37,739 bases of DNA, taken from NCBI GenBank assembly GCA_018057015.1, contig JAGPES010000002.1, positions 1 to 37,739 of the forward strand, given 5' to 3'. The translations under genes and the position numbers were made by a program. This document shows, piece by piece, positions 22,430-30,245 of the stretch; position 1 is the stretch's first letter; each line of letters begins with the position of its first letter. The DNA is from Pseudomonadales bacterium. GTDB taxonomy: Bacteria; Pseudomonadota; Gammaproteobacteria; Pseudomonadales; UBA5518. Below the pieces are notes generated by a model, which saw only the letters and a program-made list of their open reading frames with translations, had not been told where the DNA came from and made no database searches.

Positions 22430-22527
22430 GCCCGCATCCGGGCGGCCTGGACCCGATACTCGTTACATACGCCGCCCCGGGGCCGCCCTGTCGGACCCGG
22501 GGGCGGCCGTGGGCGGGAGGCGGCGTG

Positions 22528-22737
22528 ATGGCCGGCGCCGAGGCCAAGCTGAACCCCACGGCGCTCCCCGTGGCGGAGGCGGCCCGGCTGCTCTCCGCCG
22601 TGGGCGGGCAGGCCGTCACGGTCGAGATGCTGGAGGCCGACGTCGCGGCTGGCGCGCCGACCAACGCCGATGGCACGCTCAACTTGGTCCACTACGCGGC
22701 GTGGCTCGTACGGGAGATGGCTTCCGGTGCCGATTGA
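22528..22737 (+). CDS. Nu1-like winged-HTH small terminase / packaging DNA-recognition protein
   Basis: LPVAEAARLLS...VTVEMLEADVAAGAPTNADGTLNLVHYAAWLVRE parallels the N-terminal pattern of lambda Nu1 (HTH ... GMPV...G...YD.AAVIKWY). GGGAGG lies 8 nt before the ATG at 22528. It sits immediately upstream of the large terminase. Confidence 0.55.
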   Translation: MAGAEAKLNPTALPVAEAARLLSAVGGQAVTVEMLEADVAAGAPTNADGTLNLVHYAAWLVREMASGAD

Positions 22738-25030
22738 CCCGCGCAAACTGAAGCCAACGGAACTGGTCCGGCTGCTCAACAGCACGCCGCTCGGTGAGGT
22801 CATCTCCGAGCGGCAGTTGCACCGGCACCGCGCGCGGGCGGGTTTTCGCATCGGTGACGGCCGCACCCTCGACCTGCTGCGCTACGTGGCATGGCTGACG
22901 ATCGAACGCCACCGGCCGCGGCCCGAGGCGGACGGACTTACCGGCTACGAGGCGCACAAGGAGCGCGCCGCGCAGCGCAACCGCGAGATGGCGCTGCTGG
23001 GCCGAGACATCGCCACGGGTGAGTGGGTCCACGCGCCGCGGAACCCGGAGCAGCGCATCCGGGCCGAACGCAACTTCCGCCACTTCTGCGAGGTGTATTT
23101 TCCGCAGACCTTTCACCTGCCGTGGTCGCCTGACCACCTGAAGGTGATCGCGAAGATCGAGCAGGCTGTTCTGGAAGGCGGGCTGTTCGCGATGGCGATG
23201 CCGCGCGGGTCGGGAAAGACCAGCCTCTGTGAAGTCGCCTGCCTGTGGGCGCTGGTGTATGGGCACCGGGAGTTTGTCGCGCTGATCGGCAGCGACGAGG
23301 AGCACGCCGCCGGCATGCTCGACAGTATCAAGGTCGAGCTGGAATCGAACGACCTACTCGAGGACGACTTCTCGGAGGTGGTCGGCCCCGTACGGGCGCT
23401 GGAGGGCATCCATCAGCGGGCAGCCGGGCAGATCTACCGCGGCAAGCAGACGCACATCGGCTGGACGGCGCGCGAGATCGTGCTGCCCACGTTGCCGCCG
23501 CTGGAATGGCTGGGGAACCACTCGCCGCGGTCCAACGGCGCAATCGTCTGCGTGGCCGGCATCACGGGGCGTATCCGCGGCATGAAGCACAAGCGCGCGG
23601 ACGGGAGCAGCGTCCGGCCGTCGCTCGTGCTGATCGACGATCCGCAGACGGACGAGTCCGCACGGTCGCCGTCGCAGTGCATGACGCGCGAACGCATCCT
23701 GGCCGGCGCGATTCTGGGGCTGGCGGGCCCGGGACGTAAGATCGCTGGCCTGATGACGCTGACGGTCGTGCGCCCGGACGACCTGGCCGACCGCATCCTG
23801 GATCGCGAGAAGCACCCCCAATGGCAGGGCGAACGGACAAAGATGGTCTATGCCTGGCCCACGGACGAAGCGCTGTGGGCCCGCTACGCCGAATTGTGGC
23901 GACTGGGTATGCAGGCCGACCGCGGGATCGCTGAGGCGACCGAGTTCTACCGCGCCAATCGGGAGGCGATGGACGCCGGCGCTCTCATCGCCTGGCCGGA
24001 ACGGCATCATCCCGATGAGCTTTCCGCCATCCAGCACGCGATGAACCTCAAGCTCGACCGGGGCGAGGCGGCGTTCTGGGCGGAGTACCAGAACGAGCCG
24101 CTGCCTGAGGAGCAGGTCGATGACGAGCTGCTCACGGTCGACCAGATTCTGGCGAAGCTCAACGGTCAGCGCCGGGGCGAAGTGCCGCTGGCGGCCACGC
24201 ACGTGACCATGTTCGTCGACGTGCAGGCGAAAGCCCTCTTCTGGCTCGTCGCCGCGTGGGAGAACGACTTCAGCGGCTACGTCCTCGACTACGGGACCGA
24301 GCCGGATCAGAAGGCGGAGTATTTCACGCTGCGTGACATTCGGCGCACGCTGGGAGCCGCCGCACCGCGGGCCGGGATCGAGGGGGCGATCTACGCGGGG
24401 CTGGAGCGGTTGACGGAGCGCACGCTCGCGCGCGAGTGGCAACGCGACGACGGGGCGCAGGTGCGGATCGACCGCTGTCTGATCGACGCGAACTGGGGCC
24501 AGTCGTCGGACGTCGTGTACCAGTTCTGCAGACAGAGCAAGTTCGCTGGCGTCGTGCTGCCCAGCCACGGCCGCTATGTCGGCGCGTCGTCCATCCCGTT
24601 CAGCGAGTACAAGCGGAAACGCGGCGACCGCGTGGGGCTGAACTGGCGCATCCCGGTGGTCACCGGCCGGCGCACTGTCCGCCACGTCGTGTTCGACACG
24701 AACTACTGGAAGTCGTTCATCCAGGCCCGCCTGGCGGTGCCGATGGGTGATCCGGGCTGCCTGTCCCTGTTTGGTCGGCAACCAGAACGCCATCGCCTGC
24801 TCGCGGAGCACCTGACCAGCGAGTACCGCGTCAAGACCGAGGGGCGAGGCCGCACGGTCGATGAGTGGAAGCTGCGGGTCGACGGCCTCGACAACCACTG
24901 GCTGGACTGCCTGGTCGGCTGTGCCGTCGCGGCGTCGATGGGTGGTGCGGCGCCACCGGGACTGGTCGGTGAGGTGTCTAGGCCGCGGCAGGTGGTGCGG
25001 CTATCGGAGTTGCGGAGGGCCCGACAGTGA
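22727..25030 (+). CDS. Terminase large subunit with an N-terminal Nu1-like DNA-binding extension
   Basis: Walker A AMPRGSGKTSL. Walker B LVLIDDPQTDESA. C-terminal nuclease-like region (FVDVQ..., DNHWLDC). The N-terminus LKPTELVRLLNS...GRTLDLLRYVAWLTIE repeats the motif of the preceding gene. GTG 22727 is the preferred start; the track ATG at 22670 is also possible. Confidence 0.85.
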   Translation: MPIDPRKLKPTELVRLLNSTPLGEVISERQLHRHRARAGFRIGDGRTLDLLRYVAWLTIERHRPRPEADGLTGYEAHKERAAQRNREMALLGRDIATGEWVHAPRNPEQRIRAERNFRHFCEVYFPQTFHLPWSPDHLKVIAKIEQAVLEGGLFAMAMPRGSGKTSLCEVACLWALVYGHREFVALIGSDEEHAAGMLDSIKVELESNDLLEDDFSEVVGPVRALEGIHQRAAGQIYRGKQTHIGWTAREIVLPTLPPLEWLGNHSPRSNGAIVCVAGITGRIRGMKHKRADGSSVRPSLVLIDDPQTDESARSPSQCMTRERILAGAILGLAGPGRKIAGLMTLTVVRPDDLADRILDREKHPQWQGERTKMVYAWPTDEALWARYAELWRLGMQADRGIAEATEFYRANREAMDAGALIAWPERHHPDELSAIQHAMNLKLDRGEAAFWAEYQNEPLPEEQVDDELLTVDQILAKLNGQRRGEVPLAATHVTMFVDVQAKALFWLVAAWENDFSGYVLDYGTEPDQKAEYFTLRDIRRTLGAAAPRAGIEGAIYAGLERLTERTLAREWQRDDGAQVRIDRCLIDANWGQSSDVVYQFCRQSKFAGVVLPSHGRYVGASSIPFSEYKRKRGDRVGLNWRIPVVTGRRTVRHVVFDTNYWKSFIQARLAVPMGDPGCLSLFGRQPERHRLLAEHLTSEYRVKTEGRGRTVDEWKLRVDGLDNHWLDCLVGCAVAASMGGAAPPGLVGEVSRPRQVVRLSELRRARQ

Positions 25031-25209
25031 TCGTCACGGCCCCCGGAGACGCCAGTCGTGAGCGCCGCGGCATCGAGTGTCCGCGCTGCGGTTGCCGGCA
25101 TTTTCGCGTGATCTACACGCGCGCGGCCTGGGGGAACCGGATTATCCGACGGCGCGAGTGCCGGCATTGTGGGAAGCGGATCACAACCTACGAGCGTGCG
25201 GGTTCGTGA
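25027..25209 (+). CDS. Stand-alone zinc-ribbon protein resembling the NrdR N-terminal / Ogr-Delta zinc ribbon
   Basis: ECPRCGCRHFRVIYTR....IIRRRECRHCGKRITTYE parallels the NrdR zinc-ribbon consensus CPxC....V.DSR....IRRRRxCxxCxxRFTTxE. The GTG start overlaps the terminase stop as GTGA. Confidence 0.6.
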   Translation: MIVTAPGDASRERRGIECPRCGCRHFRVIYTRAAWGNRIIRRRECRHCGKRITTYERAGS

Positions 25210-25384
25210 CTACGTGCCGGCGGTGGGCTGTGAGGTCTATATGCGTAACGATGTTGGCATCCGCTGGGGTTTGGCGTTGCACGTCAAAGCTGCATGGCGT
25301 AAGTAACGGGTAGACAACCAAGCCGGGGAATCCCGGAGGCGAGCGGTCGGCGGCTGATCCCCGCTGGCTCTCACGCGAGCAAAC

Positions 25385-25424
25385 AGGCCGTATGGGGCCA
25401 TACCCCCGTGCGGCCTTTCTGTTT
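25385..25424 (+). terminator. Terminator-like hairpin with a T-rich tail
   Basis: AGGCCG (25385-25390) pairs with CGGCCT (25411-25416). An inner GGGG-CCATA-CCCC hairpin is also possible. The stem is followed by TTCTGTTT. The loop is long, so this is tentative. Confidence 0.4.
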
Positions 25425-25448
25425 GGCCTCGCCTCACCCGGCCGGTCT

Positions 25449-25519
25449 GGCGGGATGGTGTAACGGCAACATGCCGGCTTCATGCGCCGGCGCTGCGGGT
25501 TCAAGTCCCGCTCCCGCAA
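25449..25519 (+). tRNA. Phage-encoded tRNA with CAT anticodon (Met, or Ile2 if lysidine-modified)
   Basis: Manual cloverleaf. Acceptor GGCGGGA/TCCCGCA (6 bp plus a G1.A72 mismatch). T8 and G9 present. D arm GTGT-AACGGCA-ACAT. Anticodon arm CCGGC-TTCATGC-GCCGG with CAT at 25481-25483. Variable loop CGCT. T arm GCGGG-TTCAAGT-CCCGC. Discriminator A. Confidence 0.7.
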
Positions 25520-25531
25520 GTGGAGCACGCG

Positions 25532-25726
25532 ATGCCTGAGGAAATCACGAGCGCGATCCACGAGGCGGCTCAGCAGCCGGCCGAGGTGTCGGTCGACGGC
25601 CAGACGGTCAAGCAGCAGCAGCTGCGCGACCAGATCGAGGCGGATCGCTACCTCGCCAGCAAGGACGCGGCGAAGCAAGGCCTCGGCGTGCGGATGACGA
25701 AGGTCGTGCCTCCGGGAGCGGTGTGA
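25532..25726 (+). CDS. gpW-like head-tail joining protein
   Basis: About 64 aa, located between the terminase and the portal as in lambda. VSVDGQTVKQQQLRDQIEADRYL resembles the lambda gpW segment VQKDGRRVEFT..SDLKKYIAELE. Its stop overlaps the portal start. Confidence 0.55.
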   Translation: MPEEITSAIHEAAQQPAEVSVDGQTVKQQQLRDQIEADRYLASKDAAKQGLGVRMTKVVPPGAV

Positions 25727-27222
25727 CGGTGTTTCAGTGGCTGCGACAGCTCGGCGCGCGCAAGAACCGCAGCGCGACTGCCCCGCGCGGTCGGCTGCTG
25801 GTTGTGCGCGGCAAGTACGACGCCGCCCAGACCACGCATGAAAACCGCCGCCACTGGGCGAATGCGGACCACCTCTCTGCCGACGCCGCCATGGGTGCCG
25901 ATGTGCGGCGAGTGCTGCGCAGCCGGGCCCGCTACGAGGTCGCCAACAACAGCTACGCCAAGGGCATTGTCCTGACGCTGGCGAACTACGTCGTCGGCAC
26001 CGGTCCGCGGCTGCAGATGCTCACCGACGATTCGGAAGCCAACCGCCTCATCGAGCAGGAGTTTATGCGTTGGGCCAGGGCGGTCGGTCTGGCTCACAAG
26101 CTCCGCACGATGCGCATCGCGCAGTGCGAAAGCGGCGAGTGCTTCGGCCTGCTGACCAGCAACCCGCGCATCACCGCGCCGGTGCAGCTCGACCTGCGGC
26201 TGATCGAGGCCGACCAGGTCTCGACGCCGTTCGGCGTGCTGCCGCCGGAAGAGCGGGCCGTTGACGGCATCGTCTTCGACGGCTTCGGCAACCCGATCGC
26301 GTACTACGTGCTGCGGCGCCATCCCGGCGAGCAGCGCGCCTGGCGCGCCGGCCCTGACGACTACAACCTCATGCCCGTGGAATCGGTTGTGCATCTGTTC
26401 CGGGCGGAGCGCCCGGCGCAGAGCCGCGGCATCCCCGAGGTTACCAGCGCGTTGTCGCTGTTCGCGACGCTGCGGCGCTACACGCTGGCCGTGCTGGGCG
26501 CGGCGGAGCAGGCCGCGCTGCCGTCGGGCGTGATTTACACGGACGCGCCTGCCGACGCCGAATCGGCCGCGGTCGAGCCGATGGATACGGTCGAGATGGA
26601 CCGCGGCACGTGGATGACGATGCCGTACGGCTGGAAGATCGGCCAGGTCAAAGCCGAGCAGCCCACCACAGTGTACGGTGACTTCAAACACGAGGTGATC
26701 AACGAGATCGCCCGCTGCCTGAACATGCCGTTCAACATCGCCGCCGGCAATTCGTCGGGCTACAACTACGCCTCGGGGCGGCTCGACCATCAGGCCTTCT
26801 TCAAGGCGATTCGCGTCGATCAGAACTTCCTCGGCGATATGGTCCTCGACCGGCTGCTCAAGGCGTGGCTGGACGAGGCTGTGCTCATCGAGGGCTACCT
26901 GCCGCAGTGGCTCCGGCAGCTGGGGGTCGACCTGCCGCACCAGTGGTTCTGGGACGGGTTCGAGCATGTCGATCCGCAGAAGGAAGCCGGCGCTCAGGCC
27001 ACGCGGCTGCAGAGCAACACCACGACGCTCGCGGCGGAGTACGCCAAGGCCGGGCTCGACTGGGAATCCGAGCTCCGCCAGCGCGCCCGCGAGTTGGCGC
27101 TGATGCGTGAGCTGGGGCTCACCGCGCAGACGCCGACTTCGCCAGCCGCCCCCACCGAAACCGACAGTCAGGAGAACGAGGACGATGTCACGGAAGACGT
27201 TGACGCCCGCGCGCTCGCGTGA
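25723..27222 (+). CDS. Portal protein (lambda gpB family)
   Basis: N-terminal pattern KYDAAQTTHENRRHWANADHLSADAA...RSRARYEVANNSYAKGIVLTLANYVVGTGPRLQ is typical of lambda-family portals. About 499 aa, located after the terminase and gpW. Confidence 0.9.
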   Translation: MTVFQWLRQLGARKNRSATAPRGRLLVVRGKYDAAQTTHENRRHWANADHLSADAAMGADVRRVLRSRARYEVANNSYAKGIVLTLANYVVGTGPRLQMLTDDSEANRLIEQEFMRWARAVGLAHKLRTMRIAQCESGECFGLLTSNPRITAPVQLDLRLIEADQVSTPFGVLPPEERAVDGIVFDGFGNPIAYYVLRRHPGEQRAWRAGPDDYNLMPVESVVHLFRAERPAQSRGIPEVTSALSLFATLRRYTLAVLGAAEQAALPSGVIYTDAPADAESAAVEPMDTVEMDRGTWMTMPYGWKIGQVKAEQPTTVYGDFKHEVINEIARCLNMPFNIAAGNSSGYNYASGRLDHQAFFKAIRVDQNFLGDMVLDRLLKAWLDEAVLIEGYLPQWLRQLGVDLPHQWFWDGFEHVDPQKEAGAQATRLQSNTTTLAAEYAKAGLDWESELRQRARELALMRELGLTAQTPTSPAAPTETDSQENEDDVTEDVDARALA

Positions 27223-29236
27223 GGCGCATGAACAGGTGCCCGATCGAATCGAGCTGCGCTGTCAGCCCGGGCGGATCACGCTCGAGGCCCTGGCCGTCGA
27301 GGGTGAGGCCGAGGTCATTCCGCGCTTCACGATGGTGGCGTACACGGGTGAGCCGCTGCGAGTGGAAGGCTGGCGGTTCCCGGTCGTGGTCGACCTCGAG
27401 GGGTTGTCCATCCCGTCGCAGCGTCGGCCGGTGCGATTCGGCCACAGCATGTACGCGGGGGTCGGGCACACCGAGCGTATCGCCGTGGAGGCGGGCCGGC
27501 TGATCGCCGAGGGCATCGTGTCGCGCGACACGGGCGCCGCGCGCGAGGTCGTCGCCAGCGGCAAGCGCGGTTTTCCCTGGCAGGCGTCGATCGGAGCGCA
27601 GGTTGCCCAGGCCGAATTCATCCGCGCCGGCAAGAGCGTCACCGTGAACAGCCGCACGTTCGAGGGGCCGCTGTATGTGGCTCGGCGGACGGTGTTGGGC
27701 GAGATCAGCTTCGTGGACCTGGGGGCGGACGGGAATACCACCGCGACGATCGCGGCGCAGCAACAGGAGAACGAACTCATGGATGAGACCAAGGACACGG
27801 AGGTCCTCGACAACGTGGCGCCCGAGGCGCCGCAGGACGACGTCGCGCGTGACGAGGCGACGGGCGCCGGCACGGAGGCCGGCCCCGCCGCCGGCGCGAC
27901 GCCGGCACCAGTCGTCAACCCGGTCGCGGACATTCGCGCGCAGGCGCTGGCAGAGACCAAGCGCATCGCCGCGATCCGTTCAATCCTCGGTGGGCGGCTG
28001 CCCGAGATCGAGGCGCGGGCGATCGCCGAGGGCTGGACCCCGGACCGCACGGAACTGGAGAAGCTCCGTGTGACGCGCCCCAAGGCGCCGGCTGTGCACG
28101 TCACCGAGACGGCCGTCACCGGCCAGGTGCTCGAGGCTGCGTGCCTGCAGGCCGCGCGGGTCGAGAAACTCGAGCGGTACTTCGAGGCGCCGGTCCTCGA
28201 CGAAGCGGATCGGCAGTTCGACGGTCGCCTCGGCCTGGCCGAGCTGATCGTCGAAGCGGCCCGGGCCAACGGGTACGTCGGCCGCGAGCGGCGCGTGACG
28301 CCGGAGATGCTGCGCTACGCCTTCGGCCGGGAAATCCGCGCCGCGGCGTCGACGATCGACATCGGCGGAATCCTCAGCAACGTCGCGAACAAGTTCCTGC
28401 TCGAAGGCTTCTTCTCGGTCGAGCGGACCTGGCGGAACATCTGCGCCGTTCGCAACGTGTCCGACTTCAAGACCGTCACGAGCTACCGGCTGATCGGCAA
28501 GGACCAGTACGAGCAGGTCGCACCGGGCGGCGAGCTGAAGCACGGCACACTGGGCGAGCAGGCCTACACGAACAAGGCCGACACCTACGGCTTGCTGCTG
28601 GCGATCGACCGCCGGGACATCATCAACGACGATCTCGGGGCGATCACGACCGTGCCGCGCAAGCTGGGGCGGGGCTCCGGCCTGAAGATCAACGACATCT
28701 TCTGGTCGATCTTCATGAACAACGCCGCGTTCTTCAGCGCCGGCAACACCAACTATCTGACGGGCGCCGACACGGCGCTGTCGATCGAGGGCATGTCCAA
28801 GGCGGAGAAGGCGTTCCTGGATCAGACCGATCCGGACGGCAAGCCGCTGGGCGCCATGCCGGCGGTGGTGCTGGTGCCCACGGCGCTGAGCGCCATGGCC
28901 ACGGTGCTCTACAAGTCGCTGGAGATCCGCGACACGACCGCCAGCACGCGGTACCCGGTCGCCAACCCGCACACGGGCAAGTTCCGGGCGGAGGTCAGCC
29001 GCTATCTGAGCAACGCGCAGTACACGGGCTACTCGGAGAAGGCCTGGTACCTGCTGGCCGATCCCATCGACCTGCCGGTCATCGAGGTCGCGTTCCTGAA
29101 TGGTCAGGAGGCGCCCACGATCGAAACCGCCGACGCCGACTTCAACGTGCTCGGCGTGCAGATGCGCGGCTACCACGATTTCGGCGTCGCGCTGCAGGAA
29201 CCGCGCGGCGGGATCAAGAGCAAGGGCGAGGTGTAG
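27185..29236 (+). CDS. Prohead protease / scaffold-like linker / major capsid protein fusion
   Basis: The N-terminal ~200 aa are protease-like (FGHSMYAGVGHTERI...FPWQASIG...SFVDLGADGNT). An acidic A/E/P-rich and helical linker follows. The C-terminal ~380 aa resemble Mu gpT-type capsid proteins (TWRNICAVRNVSDFKTVTSYRL...GELKHGTLGEQAYTNKADTYG...RDIINDDLG). AGGAG lies before the ATG at 27185. No separate capsid gene is present. Confidence 0.8.
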   Translation: MSRKTLTPARSREAHEQVPDRIELRCQPGRITLEALAVEGEAEVIPRFTMVAYTGEPLRVEGWRFPVVVDLEGLSIPSQRRPVRFGHSMYAGVGHTERIAVEAGRLIAEGIVSRDTGAAREVVASGKRGFPWQASIGAQVAQAEFIRAGKSVTVNSRTFEGPLYVARRTVLGEISFVDLGADGNTTATIAAQQQENELMDETKDTEVLDNVAPEAPQDDVARDEATGAGTEAGPAAGATPAPVVNPVADIRAQALAETKRIAAIRSILGGRLPEIEARAIAEGWTPDRTELEKLRVTRPKAPAVHVTETAVTGQVLEAACLQAARVEKLERYFEAPVLDEADRQFDGRLGLAELIVEAARANGYVGRERRVTPEMLRYAFGREIRAAASTIDIGGILSNVANKFLLEGFFSVERTWRNICAVRNVSDFKTVTSYRLIGKDQYEQVAPGGELKHGTLGEQAYTNKADTYGLLLAIDRRDIINDDLGAITTVPRKLGRGSGLKINDIFWSIFMNNAAFFSAGNTNYLTGADTALSIEGMSKAEKAFLDQTDPDGKPLGAMPAVVLVPTALSAMATVLYKSLEIRDTTASTRYPVANPHTGKFRAEVSRYLSNAQYTGYSEKAWYLLADPIDLPVIEVAFLNGQEAPTIETADADFNVLGVQMRGYHDFGVALQEPRGGIKSKGEV

Positions 29237-29270
29237 CGGATTGGGCCAAACCACGAAGGAGTGACAAAGG

Positions 29271-29606
29271 ATGGCACAGGCAACATTCGTGCATGACGGC
29301 AGCGCGGTCGACTACACGCCCGGCTCCGCGGTGGCCGCGGGCGATGTCATCGTCCAGGGCGAACTCGTCGGAGTTGCGCGCACGCCGATCGCAGCGAACG
29401 CGCTCGGGTCGCTGGCGGTGGACGGCGTGTTCGACTTCGCCAAGACGACGGGCGGCGGCACCGCGATCACCGCGGGCGCCAACGTGTATTGGGACGACAC
29501 GAACAACGTCGCCACAACTACCGCGAGCGGCAACAAGCTGCTCGGCAAGTGCGTCAAGGCGGCCGCGGACGCCGCGGCCACGGTACGCGTGCGGCTGATG
29601 CAGTAG
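29271..29606 (+). CDS. DUF2190-family head protein (decoration/cement-like)
   Basis: GDVIVQGELVGVARTPIAANALGSLAVDGVFDFAK...ITAGANVYWD matches the DUF2190 pattern. AAGGAG lies upstream. It is located directly after the capsid gene. Confidence 0.75.
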   Translation: MAQATFVHDGSAVDYTPGSAVAAGDVIVQGELVGVARTPIAANALGSLAVDGVFDFAKTTGGGTAITAGANVYWDDTNNVATTTASGNKLLGKCVKAAADAAATVRVRLMQ

Positions 29607-29616
29607 GAGCGCCGGC

Positions 29617-29997
29617 GTGACCGACCTGCTCGAACAAGGCGCCGCGTGGCTGCAGGAGCAGCGCACGCGTCACCTGTCGCGGACGGTCACCTACCTCCGC
29701 GGCGGCGACAGCGTGGACCTGCCGGCCACGATCGGGAGCACCACCTTCGAGCAGGCCGACGAGTACGGCGTACTCCACCGCACGGAATCGCGGGACTACT
29801 TGATCACGGCGGCGGACCTCGTCCTGGCGGGCAAGCAGGACCTGCCCCGGGCGGGCGACCGCATCCGGGAGACGGACGGCGACCAGATCTTCCTCTACGA
29901 GGTGATGGCGCCGGGCGGCGAGCCGCCATGGCGCTACAGCGACGCGTACCGCCGCACGCTGCGCATCCACACGAAACACGTAGGCATGGAGCGTTGA
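29617..29997 (+). CDS. Putative head-tail connector/adaptor protein
   Basis: GTG-initiated ORF with high GC3. The assignment rests on position only. Confidence 0.5.
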   Translation: MTDLLEQGAAWLQEQRTRHLSRTVTYLRGGDSVDLPATIGSTTFEQADEYGVLHRTESRDYLITAADLVLAGKQDLPRAGDRIRETDGDQIFLYEVMAPGGEPPWRYSDAYRRTLRIHTKHVGMER

Positions 29998-30002
29998 AAC
30001 CC

Positions 30003-30245
30003 ATGAGCGATGGCAAGCCGGAAGTGTGCCAGTTCCAGCCGACGTGCCTGAAGGACCTGGGCGAGATTCGCTCGGCGGTCTTCGGCAACAACCACCCGGA
30101 GAAATCCCTCCTGGTGCGCATGGAGCGCGTTGAATCCCGGCTCGCGGCGATTCAGAAGCTCTCCTTCGCCACGCTCTGCGGCGTGGGCACGCTGCTGCTG
30201 AAGTTCATCGGCACCTGGCTGGAAGGCCTGATGCGAGGTTCGTGA
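30003..30245 (+). CDS. Small protein (80 aa) with a C-terminal hydrophobic helix
   Basis: ATG at 30003 with GGAG about 10 nt upstream. High GC3. C-terminus LSFATLCGVGTLLLKFIGTWL. Its stop overlaps the next start. Confidence 0.5.
   Translation: MSDGKPEVCQFQPTCLKDLGEIRSAVFGNNHPEKSLLVRMERVESRLAAIQKLSFATLCGVGTLLLKFIGTWLEGLMRGS

Noticed and set aside
24-22505. Recurring CCCGGGCGG motif (24-32, 17097-17105, 17167-17175, and a similar sequence at 22497-22505), considered as a dispersed repeat family
   Set aside because: For a 9-mer made entirely of G and C in DNA this GC-rich, a few chance occurrences per 38 kb are expected. Only the 17-19-bp pair at 17093/17163 is clearly non-random.
19076-22528. 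The 1150-aa plus-strand ORF, the longest in the track
   Set aside because: Its composition is extremely R/G/A/V/L/D-rich. It has no motifs. It lies exactly antisense to nine SD-preceded, high-GC3 minus-strand genes. This is a classic stop-poor shadow frame in GC-rich DNA.
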